Shown here piece after piece: positions 23,901-34,467 of a stretch of DNA of 64,000 nucleotides. The stretch comes from Flectonema sp. DT1601 (Eukaryota): NCBI GenBank assembly GCA_964019425.1, contig OZ025792.1, positions 186,001 through 250,000 of the forward strand. Reading direction: 5' to 3'. The notes beneath the pieces are model-generated. The model was not told the origin of the DNA. It saw only the letters and a program-made list of their open reading frames with translations, and ran no database searches. Position 1 is the stretch's first letter. The number at the start of each line of letters is the position of its first letter. The translations under genes were made by a program, and so were the position numbers.

Positions 23901-26900
23901 TGAACAGCGGAGTTGATTTTCTAATTATTCTCGCACAAAATAACTCCCACTTAGTTCACCATTTAGGAACTAGTGAGGTGCAGTTGCGCTGACCAGGAAG
24001 GCAGAAAGCCGGTTGGCTAAAACCTGTCTGTCAGCTAACCAAAACAGAATTCTCGCACAAAATAACTCCCACTCAGTACACAAATTGAGAACTGATGGGG
24101 TGCAGTTGCGCTGACACATCGCTCTGTAGTAAGTCGGTTAGCGTCCACATCCGCGTCGTAAATAATTCATTTCCAGAACTCATTCAGTCCTCAATGATGA
24201 GAAGACCTCAAAAATATCATCCAAAACAAAAAAAACAGAATTCTTGCACAAAATAACTCCCACTCAGTACACAAGTTGAGAACTGGAGGGGTGCAGTTGC
24301 GCTGACCAGGAAGGCAGAAAGCCGGTTGGCTAAAACCTGTCAGGGACAAATATCCAAAACTAAATCAAAACAGAATTCTCGCACAGAATAACTCCCACTC
24401 AGTTCACTATTTAGGAACTAGTGAGGTGCAGTTGCGCTGCAAAACAGAATAGCAAAGCAACCCTTTCCTTGAGGAAATGACGATTTCATGGGCGACTTTA
24501 TGAACCAACAGTAAAACAATATTAATACGAAAGAACAATTAGATGAACACCACCAGTAGTGGTTGTTGAGATAATTGATCTTCACATCCATAAGAGGGTT
24601 TGATATTAATAACAAAAAGGATAAAAAACTTCGATTCTCGCACAAAATAACTCCCACTCAGTACACAAATTGAGAACTGGTGGGGTGCAGTTGCGCTGAC
24701 ACATCGCTCTGTAGTAAGTCGGTTAGCGTCCACATCCGCGCCGTAAATAATTCATTTCCAGAACTCATTCAGTCCTCAATGATGAGAAGACCTCAAAAAT
24801 ATCATCCAAAACAAAAAAAACAAAATTCTTGCACAAAATAACTCCCACTCAGTACACAAGTTGAGAACTAGTGAGGTGCAGTTGCGCTGCGAACGCCTCC
24901 GCCTATCAGGAAGTAATTTTTTTAATAATATCTGTGTACTGCCGAAACAAAAAATATTTTTCTTAACATACCAGTGACCTCAGATGATGACAGCCGTTCT
25001 TGTGCGAGTATAAGTCTTCCATCAAGTGATGAATACGTGTACAGTTTACTACCAGATGCTAATACGATTATTTGCTTTTTGTGCCCCAATAGGATATGTG
25101 AGATTGGTTGTTTCATTTTGTGGATGTGGATATTTGACTTCGCTTTATACCAAGAAATGACTTTACCTATCGATATGAGAACCCCGTCATTTGAGTCTAA
25201 GCAGTAACAGGCAACAGGTCCAGGGAGGTATTTTGAAAGAGGACCACCAAGAGTTTGAATTGGACTATACGAACGAACATCCCACGTGATGACTCTTCCA
25301 GTGACATCCATACTTAGACACGTTGGTGTATTTGGGAAATTACAAACACCTAAAACCTGTTTATCATGACCAGCCAGTGTTGCTAATGATCCACTAGCAG
25401 TAAACGGATTCCATACAAGAACCTCCTTACCATGTCCACTACTTAGTAAGACTCGATATTCTTCAACATAACAAAGAGAGAGTACACCCTTCGTGTGACC
25501 AATCTTTTTATAACGATGTTCTCCAGTAGACAAGTCCCACACTCTAACAGTCTTATCGAGTGATGCGGAAACTATTAATCGAAGGTCACTAATTACTAAC
25601 AATTCGGTTATCCAATCTTCATGACCCAAAGCAAAGCGTACACAAGGTGTTGGATACTTTCTTGGATCAGACCAACCCGCTGTTAGTAAATCTTCTCGAC
25701 GACGTGTTCGTTGTGATGTTCGAGCGTCCTTTTGTGGAGGTAACTTCTCATCATCACTTCCTGTGAGAGTCAGTCGAGTTTTGTATCTGCCAGTTGCACT
25801 CCCTGGAGTGCTGCATTCATCTTGTTTTTGATCAACTGTGATGACATCATCTTGATTTGTGTTGTCTGGCGAGTTATTAATTTCACAATCAGATTGACTC
25901 TCTCCTATCTGAGGGTCAGCTACTGCTGTTGAAGTGACATCATCAGAGTTCTCTAATACAGTCAGAGAGTCTTGTACTGGAGTATGATCATCTGTGATTA
26001 TTATCTTCTCTTCTATTGATATTTCTGGTGCAATACTACTGATGGTTTCATGTTCGCTGGTTGTCTCACTGATGTTAGCCTGCTGTTTAACTGCTGTATT
26101 TCTGTTTGTTTTACCAACTTTCTTAATTACTTGTTCTTCTTCTCCAACGACATGTCTATCGTCTTGAAGATGACGCTCTGTGGGTGTCCATGTCATCAAG
26201 TTATCAATATTGTAGCCTTTAATGTTTCTTTCTAATCCAGCAACGTATAAGAATGCACCGTTGTCTAATCTAACAGAAGTTAAACAGAATATTGGTTGAG
26301 GGAATGGTATTCTCTTTAAAATCGAACGTTGTTTTTCATCCCAAATTATAATAGTGCTATCACTACTAGTGGTTGCGAGTCTAGCTATTGCTGTTAGATA
26401 AGCTGCGTGCATTACGGAAGATTTATGTCCGTGGAGCTCTGCATACAGAACACCTGTAGTTGTATGAATATAAACAACTTTACTTTGGGTACATAGGACT
26501 AGTTTTCTCCAAGGCTCAACATATATTATTTTATCGACGTCTCGTCCTTCCCAGTCTCTTGCTTGGGGTTTTTCTTGAAATTGTTTTATTGTTTGTTTGA
26601 TTGCTGCGGATTCTACAATAAAGGTTGAGACATCCATCCAGTCAATGAGACTGTCAGAATCACAATCGAGTTGGGTAAATAGGTTTGTGAGTCTTCTGTT
26701 AGTAAAGTCTTTTGAGACAACTCCTACTTGCTTATCAATAAGAGTCTTTTCAGCTGATTCAATGCCATCGTTGTAGTGATTTCCTTCCTTTACACGATCT
26801 CTTCCCCATTCAGTAAACGTAAATTGAATTGCTTCTCGAAACCCTTCCAAGTCCAACCGCTTCTCTCCAACTTCTAAAAAACGATTCTTAAGTACTCGAA

Positions 26901-27060
26901 TGTATTTCTCTCCTAGAACTCGTACTAGTTTATTCATCACAAATACTGATTCTGTATGATGACCCATTTTCTCCTGAGTACCTGAACGAATAATGTGAAA
27001 GTTTGACGTACCAATACTCACTGTTAGATTACCAACCATCATGAAATTATTGCTGACCAT
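20941..27060 (-). CDS. EF-hand + WD40 + protein kinase fusion with Cys-rich C-terminus; 2 exons (27060-24972, 23711-20941)
   Basis: EF-hand DCDSDSLIDWMD; WD40 repeats (GHEDWIT...SASLDKTVRVWD); kinase VALK, HCDIKPKN, TPGYCPPE. A 1260-bp phase-1 GT-AG intron at 24971-23712 joins the ORFs in frame. Exact start uncertain. Confidence 0.85.
23812..24889 (-). repeat. Intronic array 1: seven copies of a 65-bp hairpin repeat with 50-194 bp spacers; candidate AGA-box guide RNA array
   Basis: Plus-strand consensus attctcgcacaaaataactcccactcagtacacaaattgagaactggtggggtgcagttgcgctg starting at 23812, 23927, 24049, 24240, 24375, 24634 and 24825. Confidence refers to the repeat, not the RNA function. Confidence 0.95.
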
Positions 27061-27385
27061 AAACTGGTCAAACGTTCGGTTATTATGAACTCAGAAAAAT
27101 GTCAATCTGACTACCTGAGAGTGTAGAATTCAACTATACAATACCTATACAGGTTGAGATCATTGAGTATGCGATGATTAGACTTGTCGTAATGCCTGTA
27201 TTGTTTAAACATAATTACTGTGAACAGAGTCAAGAACTAATAATTATACATACAGTGATGACGTAGTTCAGATATTTCGTCTATTCGCATGAGCTCGAGA
27301 GCGATGTAAAGAAACAATTTTGGTAACGGCTGTCGTATTGTTGGTTTCATTCAATTAATATTAAATAAATAACAATTAACAAAAA

Positions 27386-28303
27386 TCATACCATATTCGG
27401 AGAGATGTTACCACTGTCATCAAGGACGAGACTAGGAAGGTTTGTCCAGTCCCAATTGTAGACGAGATTAGACACCAGAAGGGCGATTATACAGCCAGGT
27501 GCAAGAGCCATCTGTTGGGCTTTTTTATCAAAGTGCATTGTGACAGCGGCAGCGACAAGGCCAAATATCATATAAGTAGCCCAAACAGTTGTATCTGAAA
27601 AATCTGTTTCATAACCAGCGTGCATGATTGCAGCGAGGCCCCCGAATGTAGCCTGTGAATCAGGCATGCAGAATAGCGATAGTGGAATGCTCCATACTCT
27701 CCTCCACCAAATCCTGTTCATCATAAAATGTTCTTTGGTGAGACTCTTTCCAACAAACGCGCTGAAAAATTGAACGACAAAAACTAACAAAGTCAGATAG
27801 CTGTGTGCTGTCAACATCGATGACTTTATTGGTAAACAAGATCCCCAGATTCCAATTATCGTCCATTGATCTTCGTATTGTTTTTTAACAGTCGCAACGC
27901 TAATAAAATATAAATCCTCATACGACCGTACAACACCATGTCTCCAACTTATCGGTGAGAAGAAAATATGATATAAAGGTATGAGTGGTTGTGTTGCATC
28001 TCTCTCTACACATTCTACTACCTGCTTCTCACTTGGGACACCAACAAGACATGAAATAGTTAATATACAGCACAACAGTAAACACATCCACTTATAACCA
28101 ACTCCTTCAGTACTTTTTTGTAGTTTAATTTGAAGCATCTCTCTCTCAATTGTCAGTTTTTGGGTCATTTCAAACAACTGCGCAGCGGATATTGGAGGCT
28201 GTGCATTTTTGCTTGGCTTTGCTTTTGGGGGCATTACCCCCAACAGCTTGCCTTTACCTGGTTTGGGGGGGCGATTAATACGAGTAGAGTTAGAAGCAGG
28301 CAT
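27386..28303 (-). CDS. Hypothetical multi-pass membrane protein
   Basis: 305-aa ORF with several hydrophobic segments. Its first ~105 bp lie inside the duplicated 1.64-kb unit. Confidence 0.65.
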   Translation of the reverse strand: MPASNSTRINRPPKPGKGKLLGVMPPKAKPSKNAQPPISAAQLFEMTQKLTIEREMLQIKLQKSTEGVGYKWMCLLLCCILTISCLVGVPSEKQVVECVERDATQPLIPLYHIFFSPISWRHGVVRSYEDLYFISVATVKKQYEDQWTIIGIWGSCLPIKSSMLTAHSYLTLLVFVVQFFSAFVGKSLTKEHFMMNRIWWRRVWSIPLSLFCMPDSQATFGGLAAIMHAGYETDFSDTTVWATYMIFGLVAAAVTMHFDKKAQQMALAPGCIIALLVSNLVYNWDWTNLPSLVLDDSGNISPNMV

Positions 28304-28828
28304 TTGTGAAACTGCAGAAAAGTTTACTCAAGGAAAGGAAGGAGAGAGAAAAGAATCTGGCGTTTGAGATACTGGGATCTCGAGACGGAAAAAGGCTAAG
28401 CCGAAATCAGCTTTTGTGACATTAAGCCTTTTATGACACCGCTTTGCCAAAACTCAAAATAATATATGATAAGGCTGAGGATTTTCATCACCCAAGAGTA
28501 AAGACACCATCTCGTGGCATTAATTCGTTATCGGAAACTTTTAATGCCAACAAGAGAGCAGCAATCCTTTTCTGGTGACAGCCTTTTTCATATATTTTAA
28601 CTTCTAAACGATAAGATCGGTAGTGTGTGAACGAGCTCACCTAAGGTGTACACGTCAAAAATAAAAAACAAAAATAACGTACGGATATTTGACAATTTCA
28701 CACTGAGAGACCACGAAAATAAGATTTTAATAGCATGCCATTGTTAGCTTTTGTTCTTTCATTCACGATGGCTATTTTGTACCTGTATAGTTCGGTAAGA
28801 AAAAGGCAAAGTGAAAAGAAGTGTTGCT

Positions 28829-29548
28829 TTAGTTGCTATCAAAGTAATCAGCCGGATTGCCAACTATTACTGAAGCAGCGTATGAACCAATTCCGCAAAG
28901 GTTAGATCCGTATTGGATGCGAATGTAACCAGATTCTCCCCATGACTTGCCCCAGCTGTTTTTAACAATCCAGTATGCCGATGTACTAGAACGACCGAGT
29001 CCAACAACAAGAGCAGAATGATCAACTTGAGAAGAAGGACAGCTTTCAAGAATTCCACCTTCATAAGTCTCCCATGAAGTGGCATCAAAGTCTGCGAATA
29101 CCGGACCATTTTTAAATAAGAAGGCAGCAAGTTGTTCTTCTCCAGGAATCGATGTGAAGTTTGAAACCTTTGCAGTAATCTTATTCTCGTGGAACTCACA
29201 TTTTCCTGTTGCTGTTGGATATTCAGCTTCCGATTCTAATCCCCCAACACTCGCAATGTATTCAATCTTATCAGAGATCTTTGACGTGCAGTCAGCTATT
29301 TGAGCAAACGACATCATCACAACTCCAGCTTTCTTGTTTCCCTTCAAATACCATTGCGAAGCAGTCTGATCTGCAGCAGTAAAATCATCTGCCTCTCCCA
29401 AAGCACCTTCATTCTGAACAGGTGTCGTTGAAGACCTCCAATCTTTTCCCGTTGAAACGGCGTGCTTGACTTCTCCTGATCTAAACTTTTTAAAAGGATA
29501 CCCGGCACTCAGCGCCATTCCAACCATTCCAACGCATACCAATGACAT
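28829..29548 (-). CDS. Papain-family (C1A) homologue lacking the catalytic Cys, copy 1
   Basis: DWR..TTPVQNEG, VDHSALVVG, YWIVKNSWGKSWGESGY. QGxCGSCWAF is replaced by EGALGEADDF. Confidence 0.9.
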   Translation of the reverse strand: MSLVCVGMVGMALSAGYPFKKFRSGEVKHAVSTGKDWRSSTTPVQNEGALGEADDFTAADQTASQWYLKGNKKAGVVMMSFAQIADCTSKISDKIEYIASVGGLESEAEYPTATGKCEFHENKITAKVSNFTSIPGEEQLAAFLFKNGPVFADFDATSWETYEGGILESCPSSQVDHSALVVGLGRSSTSAYWIVKNSWGKSWGESGYIRIQYGSNLCGIGSYAASVIVGNPADYFDSN

Positions 29549-30469
29549 TGTAATAATAAATTAAGCTGTTTTGAAATGGTGTTCTTATAAACAAAAAACA
29601 ATTAATTCGATTAAGAATGAAACGAATAATCTGACCCCTTGGTCACCTCCTCGATAATGATTAAACTACAGCGTCTCTAGTTCCAATATGAGTTTATTAT
29701 AAAGAAGTGCACTAAATTAAAATATAAAAAAAGAAAAATTATAAAAACACATTGTTCAGTCGTCTTTCTTGAGCTTTTCCTTAGTGTTGGTGAGGAGTAG
29801 AATTCCTTCATTCGAGGATGCCATGGTGCAGTCGTTACTGTTGCTGTGCATTTTTGCTTGGCTTTGCTTTTGGGGGCATTACCCCCAACAGCTTGCCTTT
29901 ACCTGGTTTGGGGGGGGGCGATTAATACGAGTAGAGTTAGAAGCAGGCATTTGTGAAAAGTTTACTCAAGGAAAGGAAAGGAGAGAGAAAAGAATCTGGC
30001 GTTTGAGATACTGGGGTCTCGGAGACGGAAAAAGGCTAAGCCGAAATCAGCTTTTGTGACATTAAGCCTTTTATGACACCGCTTTGCCAAAACTCAAAAT
30101 AATATATGATAAGGCTGAGGATTTTCATCACCCAAGAGTAAAGACACCATCTCGTGGCATTAATTCGTTATCGGAAACTTTTAATGCCAACAAGAGAGCA
30201 GCAATCCTTTTCTGGTGACAGCCTTTTTCATATTTTTTAACTTCTAAACGATAAGATCGGTAGTGTGTGAACGAGCTCACCTAAGGTGTACACGTCAAAA
30301 ATAAAAAACAAAAATAACGTACGGATATTTGACAATTTCACACTGAGAGACCACGAAAATAAGATTTTAATAGCATGCCATTGTTAGCTTTTGTTCTTTC
30401 ATTCACGATGGCTATTTTGTACCTGTATAGTTCGGTAAGAAAAAGGCGAAAGTGAAAAGAAGTGTTGCT

Positions 30470-31189
30470 TTAGTTGTTATCAAAGTAATCAGCCGGATTG
30501 CCAACTATTACTGAAGCAGCGTATGAACCAATTCCGCAAAGGCTAGATCCGTATTGGATGCGAATGTAACCAGATTCTCCCCATGACTTGCCCCAGCTGT
30601 TTTTAACAATCCAGTATGCCGATGTACTAGAACGACCGAGTCCAACAACAAGAGCAGAATGATCAACTTGAGAAGAAGGACAGCTTTCAAGAATTCCACC
30701 TTCATAAGTCTCCCATGAAGTGGCATCAAAGTCTGCGAATACCGGACCATTTTTAAATAAGAAGGCAGCAAGTTGTTCTTCTCCAGGAATCGATGTGAAG
30801 TTTGAAACCTTTGCAGTAATCTTATTCTCGTGGAACTCACATTTTCCTGTTGCTGTTGGATATTCAGCTTCCGATTCTAATCCCCCAACACTCGCAATGT
30901 ATTCAATCTTATCAGAGATCTTTGACGTGCAGTCAGCTATTTGAGCAAACGACATCATCACAACTCCAGCTTTCTTGTTTCCCTTCAAATACCATTGCGA
31001 AGCAGTCTGATCTGCAGCAGTAAAATCATCTGCCTCTCCCAAAGCACCTTCATTCTGAACAGGTGTCGTTGAAGACCTCCAATCTTTTCCCGTTGAAACG
31101 GCGTGCTTGACTTCTCCTGATCTAAACTTTTTAAAAGGATACCCGGCACTCAGCGCCATTCCAACCATTCCAACGCATACCAATGACAT
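30470..31189 (-). CDS. Inactive papain-family homologue, copy 2
   Basis: Near-identical to copy 1. Confidence 0.9.
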   Translation of the reverse strand: MSLVCVGMVGMALSAGYPFKKFRSGEVKHAVSTGKDWRSSTTPVQNEGALGEADDFTAADQTASQWYLKGNKKAGVVMMSFAQIADCTSKISDKIEYIASVGGLESEAEYPTATGKCEFHENKITAKVSNFTSIPGEEQLAAFLFKNGPVFADFDATSWETYEGGILESCPSSQVDHSALVVGLGRSSTSAYWIVKNSWGKSWGESGYIRIQYGSSLCGIGSYAASVIVGNPADYFDNN

Positions 31190-32105
31190 TGTAATAATAA
31201 ATTAAGCTGTTTTGAAATGGTGTTCTTATAAACAAAAAACAATTAATTTGATTAAGAATGAAACGAATAATCTGACCCCTTGGTCACCTCCTCGATAATG
31301 ATTAAACTACAGCGTCTCTAGTTCCAATATGAGTTTATTATAAAAAAGTGCACTAAATTAAAATATAAAAAAAGAAAAAATATAAAAACACATTGTTCAG
31401 TCGTCTTTCTTGAGCTTTTCCTTAGTGTTGGTGAGGAGTAGAATTCCTTCATTCGAGGATGCCATGGTGCGGTCGTTACTGTTGCTGTGCATTTTTGCTT
31501 GGCTTTGCTTTTGGGGGCATTACCCCCAACAGCTTGCCTTTACCTGGTTTGGGGGGGCGATTAATACGAGTAGAGGCATTTGTGAAACTGCAGCAAAGTT
31601 TACTCAAGGAAAGGAAGGAGAGAGAAAAGAATCTGGCGTTTGAGATACTGGGATCTCGGAGACGGAAAAAGGCTAAGCCGAAATCAGCTTTTGTGACATT
31701 AAGCCTTTTATGACACCGCTTTGCCAAAACTCAAAATAATATATGATAAGGCTGAGGACTTTCATCACCCAAGAGTAAAGACACCATCTCGTGGCATTAA
31801 TTCGTTATCGGAAACTTTTAATGCCAACAAGAGAGCAGCAATCCTTTTCTGGTGACAGCCTTTTTCATATTTTTTAACTTCTAAACGATAAGATCGGTAG
31901 TGTGTGAACGAGCTCACCTAAGGTGTACACGTCAAAAATAAAAAACAAAAATAACGTACGGATATTTGACAATTTCACACTGAGAGACCACGAAAATAAG
32001 ATTTTAATAGCATGCCATTGTTAGCTTTTGTTCTTTCATTCACGATGGCTATTTTGTACCTGTATAGTTCGGTAAGAAAAAGGCAAAGTGAAAAGAAGTG
32101 TTGCT

Positions 32106-32825
32106 TTAGTTGTTATCAAAGTAATCAGCCGGATTGCCAACTATTACTGAAGCAGCGTATGAACCAATTCCGCAAAGGTTAGATCCGTATTGGATGCGAA
32201 TGTAACCAGATTCTCCCCATGACTTGCCCCAGCTGTTTTTAACAATCCAGTATGCCGATGTACTAGAACGACCGAGTCCAACAACAAGAGCAGAATGATC
32301 AACTTGAGAAGAAGGACAGCTTTCAAGAATTCCACCTTCATAAGTCTCCCATGAAGTGGCATCAAAGTCTGCGAACACCGGACCGTTTTTAAATAAGAAG
32401 GCAGCAAGTTGTTCTTCTCCAGGAATCGATGTGAAGTTTGAAACCTTTGCAGTAATCTTATTCTCGTGGAACTCACATTTTCCTGTTGCTGTTGGATATT
32501 CAGCTTCCGATTCTAATCCCCCAACACTCGCAATGTATTCAATCTTATCAGAGATCTTTGACGTGCAGTCAGCTATTTGAGCAAACGACATCATCGCAAC
32601 TCCAGCTTTCTTGTTTCCCTTCAAATACCATTGCGAAGCAGTCTGATCTGCAGCAGTAAAATCATCTGCCTCTCCCAAAGCACCTTCATTCTGAACAGGT
32701 GTCGTTGAAGACCTCCAATCTTTTCCCGTTGAAACGGCGTGCTTGACTTCTCCTGATCTAAACTTTTTAAAAGGATACCCGGCACTCAGCGCCATTCCAA
32801 CCATTCCAACGCATACCAATGACAT
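32106..32825 (-). CDS. Inactive papain-family homologue, copy 3
   Basis: Near-identical to copy 1. Confidence 0.9.
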   Translation of the reverse strand: MSLVCVGMVGMALSAGYPFKKFRSGEVKHAVSTGKDWRSSTTPVQNEGALGEADDFTAADQTASQWYLKGNKKAGVAMMSFAQIADCTSKISDKIEYIASVGGLESEAEYPTATGKCEFHENKITAKVSNFTSIPGEEQLAAFLFKNGPVFADFDATSWETYEGGILESCPSSQVDHSALVVGLGRSSTSAYWIVKNSWGKSWGESGYIRIQYGSNLCGIGSYAASVIVGNPADYFDNN

Positions 32826-33747
32826 TGTAATAATAAATTAAGCTGTTTTGAAATGGTGTTCTTATAAACAAAAAACAATTAATTTGATTAAGAATGAAAC
32901 GAATAATCTGACCCCTTGGTCACCTCCTCGATAATGATTAAACTACAGCGTCTCTAGTTCCAATATGAGTTTATTATAAAGAAGTGCACTAAATTAAAAT
33001 ATAAAAAAAGAAAAATTATAAAAACACATTGTTCAGTCGTCTTTCTTGAGCTTTTCCTTAGTGTTGGTGAGGAGTAGAATTCCTTCATTCGAGGATGCCA
33101 TGGTGCAGTCGTTACTGTTGCTGTGCATTTTTGCTTGGCTTTGCTTTTGGGGGCATTACCCCCAACAGCTTGCCTTTACCTGGTTTGGGGGGGCGATTAA
33201 TACGAGTAGAGGCATTTGTGAAACTGCAGCAAAGTTTACTCAAGGAAAGGAAAGGAAGGAGAGAGAAAAGAATCTGGCGTTTGAGATACTGGGATCTCGG
33301 AGACGGAAAAAGGCTAAGCCGAAATCAGCTTTTGTGACATTAAGCCTTTTATGACACCGCTTTGCCAAAACTCAAAATAATATATGATAAGGCTGAGGAT
33401 TTTCATCACCCAAGAGTAAAGACACCATCTCGTGGCATTAATTCGTTATCGGAAACTTTTAATGCCAACAAGAGAGCAGCAATCCTTTTCTGGTGACAGC
33501 CTTTTTCATATTTTTTAACTTCTAAACGATAAGATCGGTAGTGTGTGAACGAGCTCACCTAAGGTGTACACGTCAAAAATAAAAAACAAAAATAACGTAC
33601 GGATATTTGACAATTTCACACTGAGAGACCACGAAAATAAGATTTTAATAGCATGCCATTGTTAGCTTTTGTTCTTTCATTCACGATGGCTATTTTGTAC
33701 CTGTATAGTTCGGTAAGAAAAAGGCGAAAGTGAAAAGAAGTGTTGCT

Positions 33748-34467
33748 TTAGTTGTTATCAAAGTAATCAGCCGGATTGCCAACTATTACTGAAGCAGCGT
33801 ATGAACCAATTCCGCAAAGGCTAGATCCGTATTGGATGCGAATGTAACCAGATTCTCCCCATGACTTGCCCCAGCTGTTTTTAACAATCCAGTATGCCGA
33901 TGTACTAGAACGACCGAGTCCAACAACAAGAGCAGAATGATCAACTTGAGAAGAAGGACAGCTTTCAAGAATTCCACCTTCATAAGTCTCCCATGAAGTG
34001 GCATCAAAGTCTGCGAACACCGGACCGTTTTTAAATAAGAAGGCAGCAAGTTGTTCTTCTCCAGGAATCGATGTGAAGTTTGAAACCTTTGCAGTAATCT
34101 TATTCTCGTGGAACTCACATTTTCCTGTTGCTGTTGGATATTCAGCTTCCGATTCTAATCCCCCAACACTCGCAATGTATTCAATCTTATCAGAGATCTT
34201 TGACGTGCAGTCAGCTATTTGAGCAAACGACATCATCGCAACTCCAGCTTTCTTGTTTCCCTTCAAATACCATTGCGAAGCAGTCTGATCTGCAGCAGTA
34301 AAATCATCTGCCTCTCCCAAAGCACCTTCATTCTGAACAGGTGTCGTTGAAGACCTCCAATCTTTTCCCGTTGAAACGGCGTGCTTGACTTCTCCTGATC
34401 TAAACTTTTTAAAAGGATACCCGGCACTCAGCGCCATTCCAACCATTCCAACGCATACCAATGACAT
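33748..34467 (-). CDS. Inactive papain-family homologue, copy 4
   Basis: Near-identical to copy 1. Confidence 0.9.
   Translation of the reverse strand: MSLVCVGMVGMALSAGYPFKKFRSGEVKHAVSTGKDWRSSTTPVQNEGALGEADDFTAADQTASQWYLKGNKKAGVAMMSFAQIADCTSKISDKIEYIASVGGLESEAEYPTATGKCEFHENKITAKVSNFTSIPGEEQLAAFLFKNGPVFADFDATSWETYEGGILESCPSSQVDHSALVVGLGRSSTSAYWIVKNSWGKSWGESGYIRIQYGSSLCGIGSYAASVIVGNPADYFDNN

Noticed and set aside
24114..24239. Box C/D snoRNA in spacer C
   Set aside because: ATGATGA is on the plus strand without a suitably placed CTGA. The minus strand has CTGA but only a degenerate C box, and I recognised no rRNA complement.
24418..24733. Small ORFs containing SATAPH or MGVILCEN (also 40396-40611 and the N-terminus of ORF 20941-23835)
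   Set aside because: These are translations of the intronic 65-bp repeat. Spacer lengths do not keep a common frame.
23812..24889. Calling the repeat-spacer arrays CRISPR
   Set aside because: The repeat is 65 bp, spacers are 50-213 bp and reused, there is no cas-like ORF in the window, and the context is eukaryotic introns.
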